DNA from: a virus | DNA: 64,000 nt | IMG/VR virus record: IMGVR_UViG_3300044797_000318 | Location: 32,001 to 96,000 of that record | Reading direction: 5' to 3' (one strand) | Shown: positions 19,667 through 29,583 of the stretch, piece by piece | How positions within the stretch are numbered: the first letter of the stretch is position 1 | How the letters are laid out: the number at the start of each line of letters is the position of its first letter | The notes under the pieces: model-generated | Told to the model about the DNA's origin: nothing | Database searches by the model: none | The model's input: the letters and a program-made list of their open reading frames with translations, nothing else | Program-made: the position numbers and the translations under genes

Positions 19667-20020
19667 TTATTTCTTTCGTTGTTTAGCTTCGGCTTCACGT
19701 TCTTCTGCACAGGCCACACACGTTTGGAAATGCGGATTATGCAAAAGTCTTTTTTCAGGGATAGGTTCCTCACAATCTTGGCATAAGCCATATGTTTTGT
19801 CATCAATACGTTTCAGGGCCGCCTCTATTTGCGCTAACTTGGCGGAATTTCGAGTATTAAGTTGATTGGTTAATTCAATCAATATATTGGCCTGAATAAT
19901 ATCTGTCTCATCTCCTTCTGTATCCACGTCAATATCTTGATTTACTTGCCTCAATATTTCTTGTTTTTCAGCAAGCAATAGCTCTTTTACCTTAAATAAA
20001 AACGTTTTATTCATAATCAA
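19667..20020 (-). CDS. dksA: DksA/TraR C4 zinc-finger protein
   Basis: coiled-coil tip GDETD; IEAALKRIDDKTYGLCQDCEEPIPEKRL...TCVAC. Confidence 0.88.
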   Translation of the reverse strand: MIMNKTFLFKVKELLLAEKQEILRQVNQDIDVDTEGDETDIIQANILIELTNQLNTRNSAKLAQIEAALKRIDDKTYGLCQDCEEPIPEKRLLHNPHFQTCVACAEEREAEAKQRKK

Positions 20021-20400
20021 AACCTCAAATCAGAAATTGGCACAACGATGGTACCCAAAGGGGCTTGTTGCTTTTTACCATCTACTCTTTTTATAAAAAC
20101 TATAAATGCGTGATTTTCCGGCTCTTTAAGAAAAAATGCATTAACTTCCCAGCCATTATACAGGGCCGACCTTTGTTCATTGGCAAATTTTAGAGTGCGT
20201 GTGTTTTCCATCACCTGCGCTCTTTTGAGACGAAACGGACCGTGAATTATTTTAGCCTTAACACCAGCTTGCTCGAAAAAAAGAGAAGCTGCCTCATCTT
20301 GTGAAACGGCTTGTATTACCTCGGAGACAATTTCATTAGTTTGATTGGGCTTAATCGCTACACAGACAAACACAACGGGGCGGGGGCCTCTTTTATTCAT
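20017..20400 (-). CDS. hypothetical protein
   Basis: ORF overlapping neighbours. Confidence 0.65.
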   Translation of the reverse strand: MNKRGPRPVVFVCVAIKPNQTNEIVSEVIQAVSQDEAASLFFEQAGVKAKIIHGPFRLKRAQVMENTRTLKFANEQRSALYNGWEVNAFFLKEPENHAFIVFIKRVDGKKQQAPLGTIVVPISDLRF

Positions 20401-20731
20401 GGTAATTATCTTTCAACGTACTGTCAAGATCTAAAGATGCCACTAATTTTTTATGAATTGGCTTGGCTAAAAAAATTCTCATAATTCGATACCCAGGTGA
20501 TTCCATCATTTGCTGAAATCTAACATCGTGATATCTACGAGGTGGAGTATCTTTTAGAATTATGGTTCCAAGATTAGTAATTTTTATTTCTTTGCCATCT
20601 CGTAAGTCTTTGAGCATTTCCTCAAACAAAATACTGATGACGCTAAAAACATGATAATGATGTATTAATCTTTTAATTTTGCGATTAACATAGTGCCACA
20701 AATCTCTTTTACTAATATTGAGTGGGATCAT
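20393..20731 (-). CDS. HU/IHF-like DNA-binding protein
   Basis: ISKRDL...LFEEMLKDLRDGKEIKITNLGTI...PPRR. Confidence 0.75.
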   Translation of the reverse strand: MIPLNISKRDLWHYVNRKIKRLIHHYHVFSVISILFEEMLKDLRDGKEIKITNLGTIILKDTPPRRYHDVRFQQMMESPGYRIMRIFLAKPIHKKLVASLDLDSTLKDNYHE

Positions 20732-21207
20732 TTATCCTCGTGCAAAACAAACTTCATATACTCATCAAATCGAGGACCTTGGAAAATACAATCTGCCGAA
20801 CGTTCTATTTTACGAGATAAAACTTGACACTCTAATAGCTGTTTGATTATAAAATTAGTATTGTTATCAAAAGTTTCTTGATCGCGATCTATTTCCGTCA
20901 TAGTTTTAACCCTCTCACAAATGCTCTTACAAAGATCAGGATATTTCAGATCAAAAAATGGAAGCAATTTGGCTTCTTCCGTCTTATCTTTTACTGGTTT
21001 CTGAAAAGAAGAAATAACATCCAACAATTTAGAACGTGTTTTCTTTGCTACTTCAACTGCTTTGATTTCCTCATCAATCTCTGCGATTTTCTTTTTAGCC
21101 CTAGCAACGATTTCGTCAGGCGTTTCTAAACCAGCTTGCACACACTCGCTAATAAAAAATGAGATAAAACTAGGATCACTCTTCTTGCCCTTCATTATTG
21201 ACCTCAA
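20728..21207 (-). CDS. hypothetical protein
   Basis: ORF in array. Confidence 0.65.
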   Translation of the reverse strand: MRSIMKGKKSDPSFISFFISECVQAGLETPDEIVARAKKKIAEIDEEIKAVEVAKKTRSKLLDVISSFQKPVKDKTEEAKLLPFFDLKYPDLCKSICERVKTMTEIDRDQETFDNNTNFIIKQLLECQVLSRKIERSADCIFQGPRFDEYMKFVLHEDK

Positions 21208-21736
21208 AATAGTTGTTATGAAATTTAATGAATGTTAATAGCTGCGCATACAACTCTTGATAAGCTACACATTTAACCCATCCAAAACCTAAATCTCGGA
21301 GTTGTTCCATGCCAGCTAAAAAAGTGCCCTGTAAATAAGTAGTGCAGGGTATCCAATGTTTTTTGTCGGTATTAACCGCAATCATAGCTTCTGGATCTAT
21401 CTCTTCCTCAATTATTTGATTGAAGATAAAATAAATACCAAAAGCAGGGGCTCCCTTCAACTGCACAACTACACCATATTCTGGTACGTTTTTTTCTTGT
21501 GTGCAATCAGCTAAAAGTAACTTGAAGTCCTGAGAATTGGCAACTGGAATCTGGCAACCATATACGTTTTTACGAAGGGGATCGGATCCTTCAATTTCCA
21601 AAGTAATTTTCTCTGGTAGTAAAAACTGCTTACTAATTACTGCTTTAGTCTGTTCTTGATTAACAAAGGGGGCAGGAAGCACCCCCAAATTGGCCAATAT
21701 ATGATAAGAGATTTCTTCCGTTAGTTTTTGGTTCAT
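21176..21736 (-). CDS. hypothetical protein
   Basis: ORF in array. Confidence 0.7.
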   Translation of the reverse strand: MNQKLTEEISYHILANLGVLPAPFVNQEQTKAVISKQFLLPEKITLEIEGSDPLRKNVYGCQIPVANSQDFKLLLADCTQEKNVPEYGVVVQLKGAPAFGIYFIFNQIIEEEIDPEAMIAVNTDKKHWIPCTTYLQGTFLAGMEQLRDLGFGWVKCVAYQELYAQLLTFIKFHNNYFEVNNEGQEE

Positions 21737-22059
21737 TTCTTGGCCTTCATAGCAATAGCTTGGGCTAGGACAGTTCGGAGATCTGGCATAGTAAAGTTCA
21801 ACACCGGAAGTGATTTATGCGCTTGTTCAATATAAGTCTCGAAATTGAAGGGGTCTCCTGCCATTCTACGCTTGGCTAATTCTTCCATACAAATGGGAGA
21901 TATTTTTTCTCCCATTCCAAAATAACGATCACAGACAATCATCTCACACAATTTTTCACTGCTAAATTGTGGGACATTGGCCTTGACTTTTTCTAAGTCC
22001 AATTTTACTTCTTCCAAGGGGCCGTCTGAGGCGAAATCGTCGAGTATGTTATTTTTCAT
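21733..22059 (-). CDS. hypothetical protein
   Basis: ORF in array. Confidence 0.7.
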   Translation of the reverse strand: MKNNILDDFASDGPLEEVKLDLEKVKANVPQFSSEKLCEMIVCDRYFGMGEKISPICMEELAKRRMAGDPFNFETYIEQAHKSLPVLNFTMPDLRTVLAQAIAMKAKK

Positions 22060-22399
22060 GTTTCCTTAGTTTGGGCGGGGTAGAGATACGAACTTTCAGA
22101 GAAGGTAATATATGACCGTCTCGACGATGCTCAAAAAAATGTAATTTGGTATCGAAAAAAAGATTATTGAAATTGAGGATTTTTCCCAGCACCAGTAGAT
22201 CGCGAAAGCTAGCAAATACTGCCTTGATAATAATACCAACCTCAGACTTATCTAGTAAGGGATATCGAGCATGAACTCGATTTACTAAATCTTCATTATG
22301 TTTCAGGCTAATTGGATAATCATCATTTAGTTCATCTACCATTTGTTGATGGGTTTGATCCTTGAAGGTGAATGGAACGATCGTATTGAGCTTCTTCAT
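22049..22399 (-). CDS. divergent HU/IHF-like protein
   Basis: EDLVNRVHARYPLLDKSEVGIIIKAVFASFRDLLVLGKIL resembles IHF helices 1-2. Confidence 0.65.
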   Translation of the reverse strand: MKKLNTIVPFTFKDQTHQQMVDELNDDYPISLKHNEDLVNRVHARYPLLDKSEVGIIIKAVFASFRDLLVLGKILNFNNLFFDTKLHFFEHRRDGHILPSLKVRISTPPKLRKHEK

Positions 22400-22445
22400 A
22401 ATATTAACATATAACGAAACATTATCGGCAGGTATATACTTTGGT

Positions 22446-23025
22446 ATGATTTATATTTATGCCTACCAAAACAAAATCAATGGAAAAATTTACATTGGGC
22501 AAACTATCGATTTGTTCGAGCGAGACAGGGCCCATATTTACGGTAACAAATCGATGCCAATCGACCGAGCTATAAAAAAGTATGGTAGAAATACTTTTGA
22601 CTTTTGGACAATAGATATAGTCAATTCCCAAGAGGATGCAGATCATTGTGAAATTTATTTCATCGAAAAAATGCGTAATGAATTTGGTAAAGAAAATGTA
22701 TATAATATTACTAATGGTGGTAGTAAATCACCAACTACCGGAAGAAAACTTTCCAAAGAAACAAGAGAAAAAATATCCTTGGCGCGACAAGGCCAAAAAC
22801 CATCATTGGGTATGAAACATACTGAACAAGCTAAAAAGAAAATAAGTAAAGCCAATAAGGGTAAGAAGCGCTCAACATTACAAATCAAAACTAAATAATG
22901 ATCAAAAAGAGACAATTGTATCTCTTTATAAAGATGGTAAGGTACTAGTAAAAGATTTAGCTCGTATCTATAAAGTAGATAGAAAAACTATCTATACGGT
23001 AGTGCAGAAATTTACTAAAATATAA
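22446..23025 (+). pseudogene. GIY-YIG homing endonuclease with frameshift before its C-terminal HTH
   Basis: IYAYQNKINGKIYIGQT and NUMOD3-like repeats; frame stops at 22898 but the +1 frame reads HYKSKLNNDQKETIVSLY...KDLARIYKVDRKTIY to TAA 23025. Confidence 0.8.
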
Positions 23026-23118
23026 TCTAGACACATATACTATACACCCCCTATTAGATCCCCCAAACTTTTGTCGAGATCCAGTTCGTTTTCAGAACAT
23101 TCCGATATAAAGATCAAT

Positions 23119-23727
23119 ATGCCAGGATTGATCCTACCAAAAGTTAAAAAATTGTTAGTCGTTGGGCCGTGCTACGATAAAATAGAAAAATTAGCTCGTG
23201 CAGAAGTTCTCATTCCGCAATACGATTGGGTGATATTCAATAGTGGATTATGTCAGCCACCTGATAATTTATATGAAATAAATCGGCGTATTGACAAAAT
23301 GAAACAGTTGATTTCAACGGGTAAAGTCATTTATGTGGCTGGACGTTCCGATTACTTATTGCTAAATAACTTACAAATTGATTTATCATTAGAAAAATGG
23401 ATTAGAAGCCTTTACAATTTAGTTATTGCAGAGTTTTCTACTCGTAATGTTATTATCACAGATGGGGGCATTCCGGACACTGCTACTATTCGTACAGATT
23501 TATTAGATAACTTAGAAGTTAGCTTTATCTCTCGTTTGAAAGATAAGCCTTGGCAACGCAGCTACAATGGGAGTTTGGGATACGTCATTTCTAATAATCC
23601 ACTGACTAATCAGCCCCCGCAGTATTACAAACACTCTATGCAGTTGGGCAATTTATATGCAGCCAACAATTCGGTTTACGCCCAAGAAGTAGATGAAATT
23701 AGCTTGAAAAAGAGTATTTCTCTGTAA
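23119..23727 (+). CDS. degenerate metallophosphoesterase-like protein
   Basis: LLVVGPCYD, VIFNSGL and YVAGRSDY at the positions of DxH, GD and GNHE; ATG 23119 follows GATATAAA-N7. Confidence 0.55.
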   Translation: MPGLILPKVKKLLVVGPCYDKIEKLARAEVLIPQYDWVIFNSGLCQPPDNLYEINRRIDKMKQLISTGKVIYVAGRSDYLLLNNLQIDLSLEKWIRSLYNLVIAEFSTRNVIITDGGIPDTATIRTDLLDNLEVSFISRLKDKPWQRSYNGSLGYVISNNPLTNQPPQYYKHSMQLGNLYAANNSVYAQEVDEISLKKSISL

Positions 23728-23788
23728 CTTATCAATAAAAACATATGTTTGTGCAATTTACTCAAACTGGTTAGTGTGGAGCTCATCA

Positions 23789-24235
23789 ATGGATAAGTGT
23801 ATAAAAATAGCTGCATTATATGTGGCGTCTCTCAAAGCTATTGCTTTAATCCATCAACACCAACATTGGACAACCAAGGGTGAAGCTTTTTATGGTGATC
23901 ATTTGCTATTTGAGAGACTTTACAATTCGGCATTGGAAGATTTAGATTTAGCAGCCGAAAAGTTTATCGGGCTCTTTGGGGACGCGTGCCTCGACTATGA
24001 TATGCAGGCTGACCTATTGCACAAGGTTCTTGTAAAGTATAAGAATCTGGAAGGCTCCCCAGTTCAGATGTCCTTGACGGTGGAGAAAGAATTTCTACAA
24101 TTCTCCAAGGAAGCTTATCACGCCTTCGAGGATAATGATAAATTGACATTGGGATTAGATGACGCCATTATGGCAATTGCCTCAAAAAGAGAAGAGGCGG
24201 TATATTTATTACAACAAACACTAAAAGATGATTAA
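23789..24235 (+). CDS. Dps/ferritin-like protein
   Basis: HWTTKGEAFYGDHLLFERLY...DLAAEK; GGAG RBS. Confidence 0.82.
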   Translation: MDKCIKIAALYVASLKAIALIHQHQHWTTKGEAFYGDHLLFERLYNSALEDLDLAAEKFIGLFGDACLDYDMQADLLHKVLVKYKNLEGSPVQMSLTVEKEFLQFSKEAYHAFEDNDKLTLGLDDAIMAIASKREEAVYLLQQTLKDD

Positions 24236-24314
24236 ATAAATCACAAGAAGATACTAGGAAAATTAGCACAATTTGACTAATAATCAGACATTACCTCATA
24301 CCAGGAGAAAACAC

Positions 24315-24698
24315 ATGGATTCCAAGAAGGTCATCGCTACACTATATAAAATCGCCCGTAATCAACAAAAGATTATCGAGAAGTTGGCACAAGTGCAAAC
24401 CGGAGAACTTGCCGTTCCCAATCAACAGCCCTTGGTAACCCCAGCAGCTCCTACTGCTCCAACATCTTTCGAGCCTAATCGACCCGTCTTCAATAATGGT
24501 CAAGCTGTTATCAATGCGTTGCCTGCCGGTGTTAAACCAGCAGTGGCCAATGTGGACGTTCGTGGTTCCGATGTTTTGGTGCAATTCAAGCCAGGCAAAG
24601 CTACCCAAGCTACTTATGATGCTGTCAAGGCCGCAGTAACTGCCCTTCAAGAAAGAGGCGTGTTGCCACTACCAAACTACAACGTCAAAATAGTTTAA
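24315..24698 (+). CDS. hypothetical protein
   Basis: AGGAG RBS before ATG 24315. Confidence 0.7.
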   Translation: MDSKKVIATLYKIARNQQKIIEKLAQVQTGELAVPNQQPLVTPAAPTAPTSFEPNRPVFNNGQAVINALPAGVKPAVANVDVRGSDVLVQFKPGKATQATYDAVKAAVTALQERGVLPLPNYNVKIV

Positions 24699-25003
24699 GT
24701 TGAGTGTTTGATATTGTAGTGTTGAACACTGCGATATTGTAGCGCAATACTAAGTGCCTCATAGGTATTGATATTATCTTTTAATGACAAACAAGTAAGG
24801 GTTAGTAGGATTTCTCCCAAAGTACGGGATTTAACTCTCTGACGCTCTTCTTCTGGTATGTCTGTCGTTTTAGAATCAACTGCCCTATACAAGCTAATCT
24901 TCATTAGCAATTCATCGAGAATGTGTTGCACATCCGCACCCGTGCTAGCATCTTTCTGGAAATTTTCGCATTTCTCCCACAATTCCTCAAAGTGCATGGT
25001 CAT
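24695..25003 (-). CDS. MazG-like helical protein
   Basis: LDEL...LGEILLTLTCLS...INTYEAL pattern. Confidence 0.5.
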   Translation of the reverse strand: MTMHFEELWEKCENFQKDASTGADVQHILDELLMKISLYRAVDSKTTDIPEEERQRVKSRTLGEILLTLTCLSLKDNINTYEALSIALQYRSVQHYNIKHST

Positions 25004-25006
25004 TGT

Positions 25007-25201
25007 TCAATCATCCTGATTTTTATTGTCCATTGGGGCAATCTGCAACTGCTCCCCTCCCACATCCGAGACAAAGACCAAAAACACAGCGCCCTTTTCA
25101 CAATCAATGGAAAATGGGCCTTTTAGTTTTCCAACATAGAAAACTGCACCATCCTTGTCTCTACGAGCTTTGAGATCAAGAGTAAGATTATTATTCGACA
25201 T
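25007..25201 (-). CDS. hypothetical protein
   Basis: GGAG RBS, ORF in array. Confidence 0.6.
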   Translation of the reverse strand: MSNNNLTLDLKARRDKDGAVFYVGKLKGPFSIDCEKGAVFLVFVSDVGGEQLQIAPMDNKNQDD

Positions 25202-26096
25202 TATTTCTCCGCATATTTTTGACGTAGTTAGCCATACATTTGGCCAGGGCCTTTTCGGAGTCAGTCATTTCAAAACCGGCTGCCGACAACTTCTTCGTAG
25301 AAAGAAGACAGTTGGAACGCTTAGCTACTGTTAGTTGATCCAGTTGTTGTTCGCTGATAAGCTCGAACTGATGTTCTGGAACATATTTCTGGAATTCATT
25401 CATGATGCGAGCGGCCGTGAGGGGCTGTGGATTAGCAACATGAAAAGTTCCGCCAGGCCTGTTAGTGGCCGCCCAAGCAATGCAGCGGACTAAATCATCC
25501 ATGAACGTCATGGAATTAGGGATATCGATGACCTGAGTGTATCCCCTAAGTTTATTGATAAGGTTGCGAGGGTGGTCTTTTTCAGACAGAGGCATCCTCA
25601 AACGCAAAGTGGTGACGTGGGGCATTTCTCCCAACATTAGGTCGCAAGCATACTTACTTTTGGAATAATAAGACTGTGGGTTAGCTACATCTGTTTCTTG
25701 CCAACCATCATCAACTGTAATCCAGTCACCCTCCGCCTCTTCACTCTTTTTAGTGTGTCGTTTGCCCTGTTCGGTTTGTTGTCGGTGGGTGTTGGGAGAA
25801 GTTCCTGAAAATATGCACCCCGATCCTAAATGGATGAGGTGAGCACCATTCTTGGCACACCAGTCAGCGATAATCATTGGAATGATAACGTTGGATTCGT
25901 AAGTGGCAGATTTATTTGTTTCGCACCAATCGATATTAGGACGACCTGTTTTACCAACACAATTGACAACTACGTTTGGTTTTCTGCTGGACAATATGTA
26001 GTCCATATGTTCGGGGTTGACATATAGTTGTGAATTTCTAATTTCATAGGGTAAATGTTCAGCGACAAAACCGCCACCTAACGTTAAAACTCTCAT
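25191..26096 (-). CDS. NDP-4-keto-6-deoxyglucose epimerase/reductase (RmlD / NRS-ER-like SDR)
   Basis: GGGFVA, NCVGKTGRPNIDWCE, SGCIF, YSKSK, LRLRMP. Confidence 0.85.
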   Translation of the reverse strand: MRVLTLGGGFVAEHLPYEIRNSQLYVNPEHMDYILSSRKPNVVVNCVGKTGRPNIDWCETNKSATYESNVIIPMIIADWCAKNGAHLIHLGSGCIFSGTSPNTHRQQTEQGKRHTKKSEEAEGDWITVDDGWQETDVANPQSYYSKSKYACDLMLGEMPHVTTLRLRMPLSEKDHPRNLINKLRGYTQVIDIPNSMTFMDDLVRCIAWAATNRPGGTFHVANPQPLTAARIMNEFQKYVPEHQFELISEQQLDQLTVAKRSNCLLSTKKLSAAGFEMTDSEKALAKCMANYVKNMRRNNVE

Positions 26097-26144
26097 GGAA
26101 CCTCAAATCATAAATAAACAATTCGTAATAACTATATCACGCGC

Positions 26145-26900
26145 TTACAGTTTGTTGCGGAAATAATAGTCATTGAGATAGGCAATGGACTCGTGTGTGC
26201 CTGCGTCTGACCATAAACCTTCGGTAAAAGAAAAGGTTAGTTTACCTTCTCTATGATAAGCTTGCAGAATATCGGTAATTTCATATTCACCTCGAGCACT
26301 GGGCTTGAGGTCTTGGAAAAATCTGAAAAATTGACTATCGAACATATAGCAACCAGTAATAGCATAGTTATCATTATTAATATCTAACACTTGTGGCTTT
26401 TCTTCAATCTTGATAATTTGTCGCGCTTGATTGAGAGTAGCTACCCCAAATCTTTTGAGCTCAGGATGTCGATGCAAAACAACGGAAGCACACGTATTCC
26501 ACTTATAATCGTCTCCATATTCTTTTTCTTTATCATAAAAGAAAGAAACCGGTCTTTCAAATATATTGTCTCCCAACACAACTGCAAATTGGTCATTGGG
26601 CCAATCTACAAATCTTTTGCATAGATTGATAGCCTGCGCAATCCCTTTGGCCTCTCCTTGATACACATAATTGACGTTCATTCCAAAGGCGTGTCCGTCC
26701 TTCAAGTGATCCACTACTTGTGAGAAGTGGCTGCCCCCGAGAACAACCGTTAAATTTTCTACACCCATTTGTTTGAGCGTCTGGATAGGGTAATCGAGAA
26801 TGAACTTTCCATCCACTCCCAAGAGATGTTTATTGACCACATGAGTCAGTGGATATAATCTGGTACCGTTGCCACCTGCCAAAATGATGCCGTTCTTCAT
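26145..26900 (-). CDS. rmlA: glucose-1-phosphate thymidylyltransferase-like sugar nucleotidyltransferase
   Basis: GIILAGGNGTRLYPLT, LGDNIF, EEKP, PSARGEYEITD, WSDAGT. Confidence 0.9.
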   Translation of the reverse strand: MKNGIILAGGNGTRLYPLTHVVNKHLLGVDGKFILDYPIQTLKQMGVENLTVVLGGSHFSQVVDHLKDGHAFGMNVNYVYQGEAKGIAQAINLCKRFVDWPNDQFAVVLGDNIFERPVSFFYDKEKEYGDDYKWNTCASVVLHRHPELKRFGVATLNQARQIIKIEEKPQVLDINNDNYAITGCYMFDSQFFRFFQDLKPSARGEYEITDILQAYHREGKLTFSFTEGLWSDAGTHESIAYLNDYYFRNKL

Positions 26901-26906
26901 AATACC

Positions 26907-27371
26907 TTATTTATTAAAATTGGAAATTTCTAGCTTAATGTATTTCAGCTTTTCCAAATGATGTCCTAAGAGAATTTGGTATTGTGTGTTTAGCATTTCG
27001 GAGACGGCAGGTGGATTGAAATGAACTCCTTCGTCTTTGATCATAAATTCTCGACCACGCTCCAATAGTGCCTGGGAGGATAGTGCGTACAGAACAGCGC
27101 CTTCTACCAACACCTCGGCAAAACAATCGACAAAACGACTATTCTCCAAAGTAAAATTTGTGAATTTTGGAATAGCGTTGAATTCGGAAACCGCTAAATC
27201 TATAAAAGACTCCAAAGTTTCTTTGCTATAAATATCGCAATCCACATAAATAACATTGCCGAGCTGATCGCTCGACTTAGCCTTACCTGAACTATTGAGC
27301 CTGGTTTTTACCGAAGCGATTAGACTATCTAAATTACGTTGGCCTTCACTTGAAATATTTTTGTTTTTCAT
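26907..27371 (-). CDS. hypothetical protein
   Basis: ATG preceded by GATATATA-N7. Confidence 0.7.
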   Translation of the reverse strand: MKNKNISSEGQRNLDSLIASVKTRLNSSGKAKSSDQLGNVIYVDCDIYSKETLESFIDLAVSEFNAIPKFTNFTLENSRFVDCFAEVLVEGAVLYALSSQALLERGREFMIKDEGVHFNPPAVSEMLNTQYQILLGHHLEKLKYIKLEISNFNK

Positions 27372-27388
27372 GCCAACTTATATATCAC

Positions 27389-27463
27389 TGGTATCTCTGG
27401 CAGGACTCGAACCTGCATAAAACTCGTTAGGAACAAGGTGCCCTTCCATTAGACCACAGAGAC
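27389..27463 (-). tRNA. tRNA-Arg(CCT)
   Basis: GTCTCTG/CAGAGAT acceptor, anticodon loop TT-CCT-AA, T-loop TTCGAGT, encoded CCA. Confidence 0.85.
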
Positions 27464-27472
27464 ATCTGCCTA

Positions 27473-28012
27473 TTATGCCTGTTTTTTAGTAGGAGAAACG
27501 ACCACGCTCATAAATTTGCCTTCCATATTAATTTGTGGATTGGGAGCAATCATCCCATCTAAACGCTGTAAAATCCACTCAATCTTTTCACGACCCACAT
27601 TAAGATGAACCACTTCTCTGCCACGAAAGCGCACGGTAAGTTTCGTCCTATTACCTTCTTCTAAAAATTCCTTAGCTTTAACTAATTTATGTTCAAGGTC
27701 TCCAATATCAGTATTCGGTCTAAATGTAATTTCTTTTAGCTCTTGCACTTGCTGATTTTTCTTTTGTTCTTGTGCTTTTTTCTTCTCTTCATATTTCATC
27801 TTGCCATAATTTATAATTCTTACAACTGGTGGCAATGCGCGAGGATTTATTTCTACTAAATCCAAATTTTCATCCTTAGCTAATTTAATAGCGTCTATGG
27901 TATTCATTATACCACCATTATCGCCATTAGACAAAATTACCCTAACTTGTGGAACTCTAATGTTTCCATTAACACGTTGCCTATATTGTTGCTGATTATT
28001 TTGTTGAGCCAA
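27473..28012 (-). CDS. infC: translation initiation factor IF3
   Basis: RVNGNIRVPQVRVI, LDLVEI, KEITFRPNTDIGDLEHK, RFRGRE; TTG start after AGGAG. Confidence 0.95.
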   Translation of the reverse strand: MAQQNNQQQYRQRVNGNIRVPQVRVILSNGDNGGIMNTIDAIKLAKDENLDLVEINPRALPPVVRIINYGKMKYEEKKKAQEQKKNQQVQELKEITFRPNTDIGDLEHKLVKAKEFLEEGNRTKLTVRFRGREVVHLNVGREKIEWILQRLDGMIAPNPQINMEGKFMSVVVSPTKKQA

Positions 28013-28937
28013 TTTTCAATCTCCTATTATTCCATTCTTGTTCCCAGATAGAAATTATCTGGTATCCGTGTTTTCTAATCATCTCTTCACGATCTATTGT
28101 TTCTTTGTAAAGATCGCCGTATAATCTTTTATTGGAAGGATTAGTATCTGATGATTTGAAAATCTGTGGATTACCGTGCCAATAATCGCCGTAAAACTCA
28201 TAAACAGTGTTAGTGTCTGGATCAAATGCATCCACTATTATGTATGATGAGCCCAATACTATCTTTACTTGCCTGTGCTTATCATCATTTACAATACCCA
28301 AACTATTTAACCATTCTTCTTCTTTTTCAGAAAAGAGCGGGCGGCAAATAGAACATCCACTTCCTTGGAGATGGGCGCGAGCCATTTGCCAAAATGACCC
28401 GTGTTTTGGGCATATAATTTTTACTTTATCATTAGATAATTTATATTCAACTTTTGAATAATCATAATAATTATTATGAATTAAGTTTGCTCTAAATATA
28501 AACTCACCCGTATATGATTTTTTGGATTCTGAAATGGCTACAAACCCACATTTATGACATCCACTTCCACGCAAATGTTTATTGGGCATTTGTAAAAATA
28601 CACCATGTATTGGACATATAATTTTAACTTTTTCATTAGTTCTTGTGTAGATTACGGCAGAATAGTCGTATTTAAAATTATGAATTTCATTAGCCTTATC
28701 TACAAACTCCTCTTTTATTGAGGAATTAAGTTTTGAAAAATGTTCATTGCGACACAAACGGCATCCTTGCCCTTGCAAATGATTGGTCGCTAATTGCCAA
28801 AAAGATCCGTGCTCTGGACAAATAATCTCTATTTTTTCTAAGGAGCCCTTGTATTCACTCTTCGAATAATCATATGCTATAATATGTTTTGAAGTCGCTT
28901 TGCGCACAAAGTCTTCGGTAGATAGCTTAGTTCTCAA
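27996..28937 (-). CDS. DUF723-repeat endonuclease with C-terminal PD-(D/E)xK/Vsr-like domain
   Basis: three YDYS...IICP.HG.F.Q....HL.G.GC..C repeats; VDAF...YEFYGDYWHG...IWE. Confidence 0.8.
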   Translation of the reverse strand: MRTKLSTEDFVRKATSKHIIAYDYSKSEYKGSLEKIEIICPEHGSFWQLATNHLQGQGCRLCRNEHFSKLNSSIKEEFVDKANEIHNFKYDYSAVIYTRTNEKVKIICPIHGVFLQMPNKHLRGSGCHKCGFVAISESKKSYTGEFIFRANLIHNNYYDYSKVEYKLSNDKVKIICPKHGSFWQMARAHLQGSGCSICRPLFSEKEEEWLNSLGIVNDDKHRQVKIVLGSSYIIVDAFDPDTNTVYEFYGDYWHGNPQIFKSSDTNPSNKRLYGDLYKETIDREEMIRKHGYQIISIWEQEWNNRRLKIGSTK

Positions 28938-28955
28938 TGTTCCACTCGTTCAATT

Positions 28956-29399
28956 TTATTTAACATCAATACCATAATCACTCAAAATAGAAATGTCAAG
29001 CGTCCATTGTTTTTTAGAACGTTTCGCCCAAATCTTAAAAGATTGTTGAATATGTTGCTCGGCTTGTTTATTAGTCCAACCATTGACTTTCATCAAATGT
29101 TGTTGCGCCCGTTTCTCTTTGCCCTGCACCCGTGCCAAACCAAAATGACATACCTGATGACAACTTTTGCATAGAGCTATTAGCCCAACTAATTTTTGAA
29201 TTGACTTGCCTTCATCATAAGACCAGCGCTCATGACAATCGTGCGCCTCGCCTTGGCAAATTTGACAAATATCATAGGCTTGTGAGCGAACTTGTTTTGA
29301 GAGAGAAGCCCATTGGGCACGAGTCAAAATAGCCCTGACATTGGAGCCGAATGCAGTGGCTGGCACTAAATCTAATGAAAGAAGAATATTGTTATTCAA
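28956..29399 (-). CDS. HNH endonuclease-like protein
   Basis: CQIC...CHERWSY...LIALCKSCHQVCHFG. Confidence 0.8.
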   Translation of the reverse strand: MNNNILLSLDLVPATAFGSNVRAILTRAQWASLSKQVRSQAYDICQICQGEAHDCHERWSYDEGKSIQKLVGLIALCKSCHQVCHFGLARVQGKEKRAQQHLMKVNGWTNKQAEQHIQQSFKIWAKRSKKQWTLDISILSDYGIDVK

Positions 29400-29562
29400 A
29401 TTTGCTTAGCTTATAGGAAAGAGAATACAGTTCATTTTGCAAGACAACGGTAGAAATGGTCTTGCCATTGGCATCTGCCATTTTGGATAGGCCGGTCTTG
29501 TGCCTATTTTCTAACTCCTCTCGGAGTTCTTTCATTCTTGCTTGAATTTCGGATCGAGTCAT
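29392..29562 (-). CDS. hypothetical 56-aa protein
   Basis: Manual ORF MTRSEIQARMKELREELEN...; GATATATA-N6-ATG. Confidence 0.6.
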   Translation of the reverse strand: MTRSEIQARMKELREELENRHKTGLSKMADANGKTISTVVLQNELYSLSYKLSKFE

Positions 29563-29583
29563 CTTGCCTATATATCGTTTTAT

